The notes under the pieces were generated by a model. That model made no database searches, had not been told where the DNA came from, and worked only from the letters and a program-made list of their open reading frames with translations. DNA of 64,000 nucleotides from Marsupella aquatica (taxonomy: Eukaryota; Plantae; Marchantiophyta). How positions within the stretch are numbered: the stretch's first letter is position 1; every line of letters starts with the position of its first letter. The translations under genes were made by a program, and so were the position numbers. This document shows, piece by piece, positions 11,521-23,947 of the stretch. The DNA is taken from contig OZ316896.1 of the NCBI GenBank assembly GCA_973895155.1, forward strand, positions 7,263,278 to 7,327,277, in the 5' to 3' direction.

Positions 11521-14500
11521 ATGGAGGCATTGTCTTCACCCGAGAGCTTGTCATCAATAGGATCATTCAAGTCAGTCGAGTCAAGCCGAAGGGAGACCAG
11601 GTCTACAGTGAACAAGAAGGCGCTCCAGGCGGGATTGAAAACACCGAGGAGGCCCAAGATGGTGAACCAAGTAGATGTTGTGAATCCTACGTTTCAACCT
11701 GGAGCTTCAGAACCCTATTCTGTTGTCATCAATCGCCATCTTTTCCCTTTTGGAAATGATGAATTTGGATTCCCGCTCGCTCCTCCGAGGATTTCCCTTT
11801 GCAGAATGCGAAACATGCAGATTGTTCGGTCCTTACAAACTAACTCGACTGCGATCGAGACACTCAAGAATGAATTCCGGACGCAGGGATACATCGAAGA
11901 TGCGCCTCGATTTTACGTCCAAATGACCGGCGAAGATGGCCTTGTCCAGATGTGCGAGGATGTGATTCGGGAGTCGTGGGATGACATGTGGATTCTTCAG
12001 AATGAAGAATTCGAGAGGGAATGTGATTCTCACGAAGCTTTCAAAATTTTGAAAGACAAAATGTTTTGTGTTTTCGATGGAAATCATCGTCTGTACTCAT
12101 GGATGCAGCTTGCGGACAAGAATCCCCATGATGTCAAATATCATCCTCGAGTTGTTTGCCGAATTTTCAAGGGTGACAAGAACTCATTCGTGCAGATTGA
12201 GTCGGCAATGCATGCGCTGAATAGGTTTGTTTCTTTTCCTTCAAGCTGTGAATTGTATATAAAATTCTTTCATTTCCTCTTGTTAGCGATCTCGCTGACC
12301 TGTTTCTTTTGCTCAGGTTGACTCAATGTCACGTTGAGAATTCTTGGGTCCTTGAAGCAGAGAGAGTCCACAAGGTTCTCAGTAATGACCTTTCTGTATA
12401 CAAAGATATCATCGATGCAGACAACTACAAACTTTTCCAGCAGAAGATGGCAAATATCAGGAAACCGGCTTGGTATTCGAAGAACATGACACTCGATGCC
12501 TGCACGTACATTCTGTCTGCTGCTAATATTGCAGCGCAGACGGAAGATTTGAAGAAGAAGTTTCAGTTGAAAGAAGCGCAAGGAGAACCTCTTTCAAAAG
12601 CTGCGCAAGACATGGCAGTCAAAGACATGATGAAGGAGCAACTGGCAGATTGGAATGTGAAGGTGCCAAAGATTGGACCTCTCCTGAATCCTGAGTTTGG
12701 TGACTTTTTCCAGAAGTGTGTTGAGATGCACAACTACTGCGAACATGAGAGGAAGGAGGCCCAACGAACAGACGATAAAGGAAGGGGTAATGTGTCATGT
12801 GGTCTCGATCGTGCGAGGCTATTTACGGGTGTCTCATCGTTGACTCCCCAGCTCAGATGTGTACTCCTCGAGGCACAATGCAAACCTGAGCTTCGCAAGA
12901 AGTACTTCCACCCTGGTCAATTCTCGGACAGCGAAACAAAACTTTGGCTTCACCGATGGGCTGTTTGGGAGCAGGTTGAGTCAATTTGTTCTTCGCTCAT
13001 GTCTGAGATTATTTCAGAGTTGATCCCAACTGTTCCAGATGCAAGGATCCTTACTTCGTCTGAGAAGACAAAGCCATCGCTGATCCTTGACATAGAGGAG
13101 GACTTTGAAGATTTCCAAACGAGAGTGAAATCTCGTTTTTTCAAACAGATTTGGCCACCAAAGTCGGGTGAGAAGATTGACATCTCACTTTTTCGGAGGA
13201 GGGCGAAGAGATATACGTATTGTTTTTTTGTGGATAGAGAAGTTGCTGACAAAACATATTGGTGGTCCTATCCTGCTTGCTTCTCGCCTTGGATAGCAGG
13301 AGTGAAAGAGGATCCAACCTCTGTTAAATATGGAGAGTACTCGATGTACCCATGTGAGGGAGTGGAGGCTCCAAGGAAGATGAGTGAGTGGGAAGTCCTT
13401 CACTGTCCATGGTATTTAGAATCAGACAAATGGGCAGTGACATTTGACACAGCAGAGAAGGCAGCATTTCATATGATAAATCGAGGCTTGATACCAGAGT
13501 CGTACATTACAGAGTCCAAATTAGCTCCTGCAGAAGCCGAGGCTGGCGGATGTGATGCAATGGAGAAAGCTGTTCTTGGTGTAGCTGCCATTGTGGACCG
13601 GAGTAGATCGAGGAGACCTCGGAAAGTGCCGGTGAAGGACACGTCCAAAGATGGATCAGTCTTGTCTGGGAAGCAAAGTAAGTCTTTTTCTCCTCTTTTT
13701 TTCATACCTCATTCGGAGGGTAATTTTGTCTCAGTCACCTGTCTGACATTAACATGTTTTTCAGAGAAGAGAAAGGCTGCAGCCTCTGGCAGTTTGAAGA
13801 GTGGGGCGGATGATGGAGAAGAACCCAAGTCTCCTGATGTTGAGGTCACAACAAAATCTGCTGTGGACCTGGGTTCAATCAAGCGTTTGAAGAGGAAGCG
13901 CAATGTCCAAATTCTCTCCGACTCGGATGAGGAGGAAGCATGCGTCGCGCAAGGAGTAGCACGAATGTGTGGTCTTAAGAAGGACGGTGAGAGGCATTTC
14001 TTGGCGAAGAGCAATCTCACGGAAACTGCAAACTCAATTAGCCAGAGGAAAGTAAGACCTCCCTGGATGGGCGATGCGGATCAGTGGTTGTCTGGAATGA
14101 GCAAATCGAGCGAACACCCAAACGCCGTGATGATCAACGGAAAAAATTACGCTGGAATTGGTGCTCACTTGGGTTTCATATTCCTTCCCACGGGTCATCG
14201 AACAAGCGTCACAGACCGGGAGGTCCCGAAGTGGAATGTTTGGAGTGAGAAATTACCATATTATTTCTTTGGAGTCATGCGTCCGATGCTTGCCGATGAT
14301 GGTTATGTCGCAGTTCTTCACAGCTCTGACTATAACCATATGAGGCAAATTTTTTCTGCAGTCGAACAAAAGAACAAATTTAAACATGTCCGGCAGTATT
14401 CGGTTTTGCTTTCATCTCCTTTGTATCAGGCAGATATGGACATCGAGGTAAGATATCCTCCGTATTTTTTGTGCAATTTTTGCTAGCGAGCTCGCTAACC

Positions 14501-15047
14501 AAAAGTGCCCATTTCTTACGTATTATCATTTTCAATTCAGGTGGTTACTCTCATTATGGATATCTTCTGCAAGGTGGAATTCTCGGCAAAAGTCCCGAAA
14601 CATACAGGATATGTTCCAATGACTTCCTCGGAGGATGCCCGCCATAAATTGATGTTGAGTGTTTGCTACCCAAAAACTGATCCCAGTCCCAGGGCGGCTT
14701 TCGCAGGTTCCAATAGATTGTCAGTTGGGTTCATGCAAGCCGTAATGGAGATCCTTACTTTGCCAAAGGACATTGTCATTGACTGGACTGTTGGAGATGG
14801 AAGTGCTTTTGCCGATGGGGAATACGCTGGGAGATTTGTTGTGGGTGTTGAAGATCGAGACATTCTTCATCTGTGTGCACAAAGAACTTTGGCAAATGTG
14901 TTGGATAGACATGCCCAGAAGTTGAAAGGGGCCGCAGACCCGAAGAACGATGATCCCAAAGATGAAGGGTCTGATGATGAGTTCACCATCCCAGGAGATG
15001 ATCAGGGAGGGCCTTCAGACGAGAAGGATGAATTCGACCTGGAGTAA
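11521..15047 (+). CDS. Four-exon gene (~1084 aa): N-terminal ParB/Srx-like domain and C-terminal degenerate beta-class N4C/N6A DNA methyltransferase-like domain
   Basis: Exons 11521-12224, 12317-13677, 13765-14447, 14541-15047. Three GT-AG introns (92, 87, 93 nt) all keep the frame. FCVFDGNHRL is a ParB box-like motif. MRPMLADDGYVAVL and LTLPKDIVIDWTVGDGS...GRFVVGVED resemble the MTase motifs (T.PGD.VLDPF.GSG...GR.FIG.E). Confidence 0.75.
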
Positions 15048-15218
15048 AGCACTTGGCCTTTGATGTAGAACTCCCTATTTGGTGTTTTTCTTTTGTTTGT
15101 AGAATTTTCGGATGTTTAGTATTGATCCGATTCTGGTGATTTCTTCAGTGATAGGCGTTCGGATTGGTTTTCGGAGGAGAGATTCCGTCTTCGGAAAGAA
15201 ATCGAGGATCATTTTCTT

Positions 15219-15488
15219 GTGACCCCTGACAAGGGATTTGCGCTTCCATGCTATGCTGAAAAGACTGCAAAGGAGGTTGATGAAGCGCCCGTCGTTTTGA
15301 CTTGGGAGGGGAAAGGTCTGCGGTCAGTGAGGGGTGTTCGGAAAGCCCTTTACTGCCCTCAGTTCATAGATGATGAGGCTGGGACTGTAGCACAGTATGT
15401 TGACGGTTCGGCTGAGGAGACTGATAGGGAGTCCAATAGCGATCCTAGTAATTCCTCAGATGATTTGGAATCAAAGGATTCTCAATGA
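15219..15488 (+). other. Short ORF or possible extra exon downstream of the ParB-MTase gene, unknown product
   Basis: 89-aa ORF with an acidic tail; no recognisable motif. Confidence 0.2.
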
Positions 15489-16187
15489 CTCATGGTCAAT
15501 TTCAGATGCAATCTCATTCCAGAAGATATTTGTCATACCAAAGTTTTATTAAAGATGGATTGTGAAAGGTTTTTTGACCTGGTTTTGTTGACAGTGATGA
15601 TGCCTTTTCATTCAGTTCAGTGTAGTGAAGATCTCGATTTTTGAGTTTGTGAATATTTAAGTATCTGCATTTTCGTTTTCCTTAACTGTTTCACAGTATA
15701 TATTGACAATCTTACTTGGGAATGCGCCTTAACTACCCTCAGATTACGCGCAAACTTGCCTCGCTAGCCTGCTGTCCTCGCTAGCAAAACTCCTGTTTGC
15801 TCGCACAATAGAATACCTCCATGGTCCTTATTTTGTAATCTGATTAAGTAGGTTGCTGTATGCAAGGAGTAGCTATTGATATTGCATAACAATTAGCAAG
15901 ATGGCAAGAATAAGGGCAATCATGGCGTTAAGAGTAGGGAAATAAAAGCTACGTCGCGGGTGGTCGACGACCATATCTCTTTCAATATGTCATCAAATCC
16001 AGATCTGTAAAGAGCATTGGAAAGATCTGGTCAAGGCGAGTAAAATCGATATAAAACACTCGATAAACGGAGGTGTATTAAGAAAGATATGGCCTGATTA
16101 GTGTGATGGGTTAACTTGTGGCCGGAATTAGCGGATTCGGCTTCAGTTTCGGGTTAACCCAAGCTCGACCATGGCTTAGCTTATGTG

Positions 16188-16369
16188 AGCACGGCTTCAG
16201 CTTAGCTCAGGTCAGCACGGCTTCAGCTTAGCTTAGGTAAGCACGGCTTTAGCTTAGCTCAGGTAAGAACGGCTTCAGCTTAGCTCAGGTCAGCACGGCT
16301 TCAGCTTAGCTCAGGTCAGCACGGCTTCAGCTTAGCTCAGGTCAGCGCGGCCTCAGGTTAGCATAGGTA
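16188..16369 (+). repeat. 26-bp tandem repeat, ~7 copies
   Basis: Unit AGCACGGCTTCAGCTTAGCTCAGGTC, head-to-tail with no spacers. Confidence 0.9.
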
Positions 16370-16961
16370 AGCTCGGATTCGGGCTCAGCTTAGGCTAGGT
16401 TAGCGGATAGCGGATAGCGGGTAGCGGCCTAACCCGAGACCACGGGTTAGCTCTACTCGGGTTAGATAGGATAGCTAGGTTAGCCAAACTCGGGTTAGCT
16501 ATGTAACTCGGGTTAGCGCAGCAGTGAGTACCCCCTCTCGGTTGCGGGGGCATAACTCTCTGTGTATTTGACCAAATTGGCTATAATTGATCTCGTTGGA
16601 AAGAGGAGCTCAAGCCGCTTCCAACGCTGCTATCCACGCAGCAAATGGTTGAATAGAGAAATCGGGAGAGGAGGCGCAAGCTCGCAAAAACCATGGAGGA
16701 GGGCCGAATCCGAAGTACATAGCCAATTCGAGATAGAAATAAAGTTGCGAGTTAGGGTTCAGTAGTTAGAGATAGTGGCGGCTCTGTTAGGGCTGGGATG
16801 GGGCTCCAGCAGCGTAGTATCCACCCATTTGGGCTCAGTATGAGAGTATATAGAGCAGCCCCCGGTAGAGGCAGGGGGGGACTTCAGTTGTGTGATCTCA
16901 CTTAGACTGAGCAGCAGGGAGGAGCTCTGTGCAAGCAAGGCTGGACTTGGACGCTACGTGT

Positions 16962-18853
16962 TGTAGTTTACTATGAAGAACCAAAAACACATTTATAGGT
17001 CTTCAAACTCGGTATTCGTTCCCATAAAGAACAAGATGAGGTTGATTTGATACATAAAAACACAAATGAGAGTTTAAGAACTCTCCTTAACACATAGTAA
17101 TCAGGATTGATTACTTTACTAAGGTATTTTGAAGATCGCTCCATAGCGGTGAGTGGTTTTTAATGACAACTCAGCATCATGTAACCATAAATTAATGAAA
17201 AGGAAATGATTAACAAAACACAAGGAAAAATATCTCAAAGTATGCTAAGGGAGTCTGGAATAGACCAAGGTTACTCCTTAGACATAAGTCAAAATGAAAA
17301 GACTTAAGGATTCAAATCCATATTGTTTTTCAGATCTAAATTGCTTACTAGAGTACCTTTTAAAATGCCGTCAACATGTCTTATCCTTTCTTTCTAAGTG
17401 GTACTCAGATAAGATCTAAAAGGTAGCTACTTTAACATTTAGATGATACTAAGCAACATGAAAGAAAATCCATCAATTTCAAATAAGACTTAAACTCAGT
17501 GAGTTAACTCTAAGAACTCAGGAGATTGTAATGAGTCACCCAAAGAGGAATCTGTCATCACAACTCAAAAGATTTACACAATTGGAATTTTACTTCCCAT
17601 GATTTATTCAAAGGATTAAACCACAAGAAGGAGGAAAGTCTTCTCCTGGTGTCAAGCTTGATCTCGAACTCTTAACATTCATGATCAACTGGCAGAACAC
17701 CAAGGAAAGGCAAAAATTGCTAAACTTTACCATCATCTACACTAGTGGTAGAGGGGTCTTATAGTAAAAATCTACTGAGTGAGAGGTCACAGGGTCGAAG
17801 AGACATGCCTCTTCATACCCCTCAAAATTTTAAAATGGCGATTCAATAAGTGAAAAGCCGGAAAAATGGCTAAGTATGAACTCGTAACTAGTAACTATTA
17901 ACTCGTAATCGGCTGTCTATCGGAACTCGTAATCGGAAACTAGTAACTCTTAAACTAGTAAAAGCTAAGTCGTAACTCGTAATCGCGGTAAAGTAAAGAC
18001 TTGATGAATTCAACTATTTTTAACTTCCTAACTATAAGTCAGAAAACTCTGAGATTTTGCCATGAGGTTTTCCTAGGTACAGACTACATGCTAAATAAGT
18101 ATGACAGCTTCCAAAGCTCTAGAATGCATTTCTAAAAATCAGATAAGATGCACTACTCTAAAAACTAACTAAGAACACTTAGAGACTTCTTCAAGCTTGC
18201 TGTCGGATGTCCTCTGGTTCTAGTAACTCCACAAGGGTAACAATTCGGTTCTGGGTAACCTCTATCAGCTCAGCTTGGCATGGGGATCCTCTGGAGTAAG
18301 GTAGGCATCTCAGTTGTCTCTCAGGATACATCAAAGGCATTCTCTTCATCAAATAACATGAATCTATACGAAGAGCTTCTCTGTACATCCCGATCACATC
18401 ATAGTTGTTGCAGGTAGCAGCATACACTTGAGGATAATGAAACAGGAACTCATCACTACTCATCATCCTGGAATAGAAGGGTCGAAGTCTCCATTTGACA
18501 TCTCTGAAATACCGGTTGAAGCTGGGCAGAGTTTGAGAGGTAAGGTGGAAGAGAAGTCAGTAATGAGCGCCTATGTCTTGCATTCCTTCCCTTTCAAGGT
18601 GAGCTCTTCATCCGTTGTGGAGTCCCATTGAACTAGTTGTAAGATGTCACGATCACAGGGTCGCCAAATCTTAAGGTGTAACTCGTAAAGCAGTGAACTA
18701 GTAAACTCGTAAACTGAGTTTACTCGTAACTTAGGAACTTAGTAACTTTGAATGCTGTTTTAGTTACAGTTAGCAATAATTGCAGTCTAAACACCGTAAA
18801 AAATTTAAAAATTTTCAGTTTCTTCATGCTTTTGGAATTACCCACTACTTACA
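16962..18853 (-). mobile_element. Solo LTR of family 3, internally deleted, retaining the C-terminal piece of an LTR-borne ORF (18191-18466)
   Basis: TG...CA ends with CGTGT TSD (16957-16961, 18854-18858). Terminus CCCACTACTTACA matches CCCACTACTCACA at 42578. SSDEFLFHYPQVYAAT matches NSDEFLYHYPQVYAAT at ~40000. Confidence 0.85.
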
Positions 18854-20139
18854 CGTGTTGGGGAGAGCTTGGTTGTGCTATTACTCAGGGAGTAATCAGC
18901 CAAGCTTCACAGCAACGGGTTGCTAGGTTTGCGAGTTGGATTGTGGCTCTTTCTAGTGGGCAGCACAGCTGGGTTCTTTTCCCCCGATACAGAGCCTTGG
19001 TGATAGGTGATGTATTGGCGATTGTAAACTGTGGGGAGGATGTCAATTTGATTTGTGGTGAGCACATTAGGGAGGCTGAGACACTGATTGAGGGGCAACA
19101 GGAGGAGCATTTACAGTTCAGTCTGGCAAGGCTACGTGATCCATGGGGAGTCCCGGCCTTTGTCTGGTGGAGAGCACTAAGGGATCTATGGCCAAAGTAG
19201 AGCTTGCAGGGCAAGCGTGAGGCCGGGCCTCATTGCAGTCTGGGATAGATCGTCGTTAGGCCTGGTACCAGCTTTGAAGTCGAGTCAACTGTGCATGCGT
19301 AACTTGACGTTCTGAATTGGAGGTGTGAGATCTGTATGTGCCCCCAAGAATGAAGTGCAGTGAAGGAGGTTGAGTTCAGGATTGAGTTTGCAAGGCAAGT
19401 ACGGGATTGGTTCGAGTCCAATCTGCCGTCACAATCTGGAGTGAGCCGGGCTCAGGTTCAGGATTGAGCTTGCATGGCAAGCACGGGGCTTGTGGGGCAA
19501 GCATGTCGCAATCTGGAGTAGACAGCCTTCGGGCCTATTGTTCAGATCAAGTGTTCTCAGTGAACTATTGTGCACATCATTGAATCTAATTGAGTTTTCC
19601 TCTCAGGCCTCATTTCTCTCATGGATGTGTGTGTGTGAGGCAATCTGAGTGTATGATGGGACTCGCAGCGCCACTGAGAGGTGTACAGGGTGCATTGAAG
19701 CGGGCTGGGTGAGGACTGTCATAGCTCTGATTGCTGAGAGTGGAATGGCAAAGTGGTGAGGCAATGGCTTAGAAGTCCCTAAGCCTGGAATCAGTCAGGA
19801 GTCACTGGTTTATGGGTACATTCCGGTGGCGGAATAGAAACATCCCTATGACAGTAAGCATACGTATAGACCTATGCGCACCGTAGCGCTAGGCCCTGTG
19901 TGTACGGGCCCGATATGAAGGCCCCTTCTCACCAGAACTATCATGAGCACAGATCTGATTCCCAACCTTGGTTCTTAGGGATTGAGCTTGGGTGATGTGT
20001 GACGGAGTCTTGTTATGATAGTCTGGTGTTAAGGGCATAAATTGGTGTTCACCGGCCTTCACAACATCCCTTCGTGATCCTCAGGTACAAAGAGATGGTT
20101 TTGGCACCCATAGTGACGTTTTTGGTGTTAAGACCCATG

Positions 20140-23100
20140 TCAATCGCGTGACACGTTCACATTTATCCTGAGGTCAAACGAAGATGGCACAGATCGACTC
20201 GATCCTGTTGTTCGGGCTAAGACAAGTCCTTGCTCTTTGAGGAACGTGATTTCAGAAGGAGATAGGTTCGTACCCTTCAAAACACGCAAAATTTCAGGAA
20301 GAGGAGGAAGCTGATGAACACCACGACGTGGACGACTCTTATAACAGGTTTGGTTTGGGCAGAACCAAATCATTTCGGAGATCGGTTCGCCCCTGAAGAG
20401 ACGATGGCCCTTCACGACAATTCCAACAACACCGTCAGACGAATGGAAGCCAACCTTCTTGATACGATTTCAACACTCATCGCGATCAGAACTCCCATTG
20501 AGTGTCCCATTACACTGGGGACCTGCTCCATACTTGGACGTCCGTTGCAGTTGCCACTGCCCCAGAGGGACATCCTTCTCGAGCACAATCATGCGTGGAA
20601 GTGGATTCTGAAGTGAGGCTGGTGCACTGAGCGGAGGTTTTGTGGATCTTGTTGTACGGGTTGTTTGAGGGGTATTGTCTAGTGAATCAGTATCACCATC
20701 TGATGTGTCCATACCAGAGAGATTCACCACTCTTGTCACAGGATCATTAGAATTAGAGGGAATGGAGGCAAAGTCAGTTTTGTTTAGGTTTTTCCTTTTC
20801 AAACCATGAGTATTTGGTGTGGTTATGAGAACGGTGTCATGCCGATGGGAGTCTTGTGGAGAGACAGTCCCAGTTGCATGTCCCTTTCTCTTCATTGACT
20901 TGGTCACGATATCTCCGTTAAGGGGAGTACTTCTTTCCAAATCGAAGTCCGCCATGTTGGAAAGAAGCATGTTGGTCGCATCTTCAAATAACCTCGGCGA
21001 ACCTGCTTGATCGGCGGAATGGAACGCCAATTCCCATATAGTCGGTCCCTTTCCTCTGTTCAACCCTTTTCGATATGCACTGTATCCCGCAACTTGAGAC
21101 AGGGCTCGGTTTTGGTCCACTTTGCATGCTTCAAAAAGACCAACTTTTTTCTTTGTAGCCCAGGCTTTCATAGACGCATGCCTTGATTCTGACCCTGTAC
21201 AGTTTGGAATCAAGGCACCTTCTTCTGCGCTTTTGCTCTGCCATACTCCGAATGCAATAATCAGTACTAGCATTGTATTACCAGCGCCCGGCGCTGGCAC
21301 CGACAAGTATTTATAACATACGTGAAATACAATTTAGATTATGATTCTGGAACTTTATGGACATGTTGGACTCAAATACGAGCAAATCATACCAACGCCT
21401 GGCGCTAATATAAAGTTGATGGAAATGAAAGACAAGAGAGGAGATGGATGTCATACCACTCGAATAAAATTGCCCCACTGGCGCCATCAAACAACCCACC
21501 AGGATATCCAGCTTTGTAGCATCATGAGCTTTCCAGGGACACAGTTTCCTGATTGCCACCAAACCACAATCTCTCGGGACACGATACGCTACCACAAACG
21601 TTGGAGCGTTTCTTAGTTTCTCCCAAAGTCTCCGATGTTCCGATTGACATTCTTCGAGTACTCCTTCCTTGGAATGCCAATGGAAAGATTGATAAAAGTG
21701 AAATGCATCAGAGCGCTCCCTCTCCGGGTCTGGGTGTCCACCAAAAAAAACATTCTGCACAGCATTCCATCCAGCTTGTGCATTGTCCGCCATAAACCCT
21801 TGGATGACAACCTCCTGTAATCCATTCTCCTTGCAAACCTCAATCATAACTCTCCAAGCCTTTTCAAAAGACTCAGTGTCTTCACCTTTCAACTCGCATG
21901 TGAAAATTGTACAAAGTGCACGGAAGTTATGGTCGTAGACATGCGCGCTAAAAGTAAACCAATCGGTTGTGATACGCTGCATCACATCAAAACTGACCCA
22001 GGCTCCTTCAAGTCTTCCACCAGGTTGCATCTGTCTCAAAAGATCCACACCGGAACCATGACCCTTCGTGGTCATTTTAAAGATGTGAGGCCTGTCGTCT
22101 TGACATCCCTGACCCGGGAGCAAATACCTCTGGAGAAATGACAGGTTAATCTTCTTCTGCATTTGCGAGAGAAAATCAAGTTCACCCCAACCCTTTTGGT
22201 CTATCCTAACGCTCCGACAAAGAGATGCAAACTTCTAGGGAGTGGAAAGTACCATCAGAGACTTCCATATTTCAGTTTCTTCGATACAGTTTTTGATTAC
22301 TTTGCCACTAAAGATGTTCTAATTCACAATATTGCCACTATTTTTTCTGTATTTATAAAGATGCCACTATTTTGTATACGGATAACAAGTTTACCAAGGT
22401 AACTAGGGAAACTATATACGAAAACCATGACATTTTTGTAAATACAAAACAAATAGTGGCAGTATTATAAATTCAAACATCTTTAGTGGCAATGTACTTA
22501 AAAGTTGTTCTTCGATATCGACCATGTCGTCAACATGTTCGCAGAGAGCTTTCACTATGGACCCTGTAGCAGAATTCAAGATCCCAGCTGGTTTTGCCAG
22601 AGGATTGGCTTCATGATTTTTTTTATTTAAATCCTCAGCCATCTTCTCCGCACTCCTACATAAGGTTTTTCTACCTGGATGGTTATGCTCACCTATATGA
22701 ATCGCCAGGCGGGACATATGACTACATGTTTCCGCATCAAGTAATACTTGTGGGTACATATAGAACAAACGGGCAGGGCAGTACTTGACACAAAAAGGAA
22801 TCTGATCACAATAATGACACACAACACCGCCCTCTTCGATAAAAGATCCGACAGCATACTGACCACTAAGCTATGGAGTACCCTGCCATGCCTTAGCATT
22901 TGCCTTCTTCTTCCTTTGGAAGTACTTGCAGGACTTGTTCCGACATTCAATGAATCCCGTACAGGTAACCTTACCGAATTGCCAAAGTTTTTTCGGCTGA
23001 ACGTTCACGGTAGTTGGAAATATGAGTGTCCAATGTAGCAATCTTTGGCACGGTCCATGTCCCTAAGCCTAGAGCCTTTAGAGAGCATCTTGTCAATGGG

Positions 23101-23709
23101 TGGCAATTCAAACACGACGTTCCCGTTGTACTTAGTTAGCAGACAGGAGACTTGCTCATGTCTAAAATCACCCATTGATATGAACCTCGATAACTCGCTA
23201 TGACCAGTGGATTTGAGTAACGTATCCATTGCACTCTGCCGATACACGACCTCCAACTGGTTAGAGCTTCCTGGAGTCTCACCTTTAACGACAGCATGTT
23301 GCGGGACTTTCATTTTCAACGTAGGACTTGGAGTGTGATCCCCATCTTCACTAGAAGAAATCTTGACAACATCAAATGGAACTTGGGGGACACTGGACGG
23401 TCCTTCATGTTGTCTTACTCGTAGTGAGTACAAAATCCCCGCGTATAGATGCCAAAACCGTTCACCATCATCCACATTGAATGTTGTTGCATCTTCGATG
23501 TCATCACTGGTTTCGAGCTCTCGAACAATGGCCTCAATATCACTCATCCTCAAATCAAATCTCCCGCAAAGGTATCTCTCCCGGACCTGCTTGTACGTGT
23601 CTTCCACAGGGACAGGGATGGTCACAATATCTCTAGTCCCGAATCGGGATAGAACGATGGACCCAGACATTGCAATCAAAAACAAATAACGAGGGCTGTA
23701 ATGTTTCAA
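20140..23709 (-). pseudogene. MULE/Mutator-like transposase copy B, near full length, frameshifted, intron-containing
   Basis: WVSFD, FMADNAQAGW and SDAFHF (MULE D...D and C/DxxH motifs); GCM-like CHYC...HIGEHNHP. GT-AG intron at 21238-21456 is shared with copy C. Confidence 0.85.
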
Positions 23710-23947
23710 GGAAGAAAAGTCTATGGTAATATGGAGCTTATATCAGTCAAACATGGGAACTTCACGTTAACAGATCCATTTGTATAAGACATAAAACACA
23801 GTCGACATAGGATCCGTTGGCGACATAAATGATTTTTGTCATTTTTCCTCGATAAGTCTGAATGTCAGACGCATACATAATGCCAAAAAAGACACCACAA
23901 AAATCTTTAACAAACTCTAAGATATTGTATAGTTGGAACAATTTGAG

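Larger units (their letters stand above)
15834..20089 (+). mobile_element. LTR-like sequence of an unidentified family, interrupted by the family-3 solo LTR
   Basis: Begins TGTAAT, ends GGTACA, followed by PBS-like TGGCACCCATAGTG at ~20102. Sequence is continuous across the CGTGT TSD. Boundaries are uncertain. Confidence 0.4.

Noticed and set aside
11521-15047. ParB-MTase gene as bacterial or phage contamination
   Set aside because: Three frame-preserving GT-AG introns, and palindromes shared with the adjacent eukaryotic MULE region.
16188-16369. CRISPR array
   Set aside because: Units are head-to-tail with no unique spacers, there are no cas genes, and the context is eukaryotic. The same applies to the 24-bp repeats at 60860-60980.
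17740-17750. CACTAGTG as a CACTA terminus
   Set aside because: No matching partner TIR or 3-bp TSD found; it lies inside the family-3 solo LTR.
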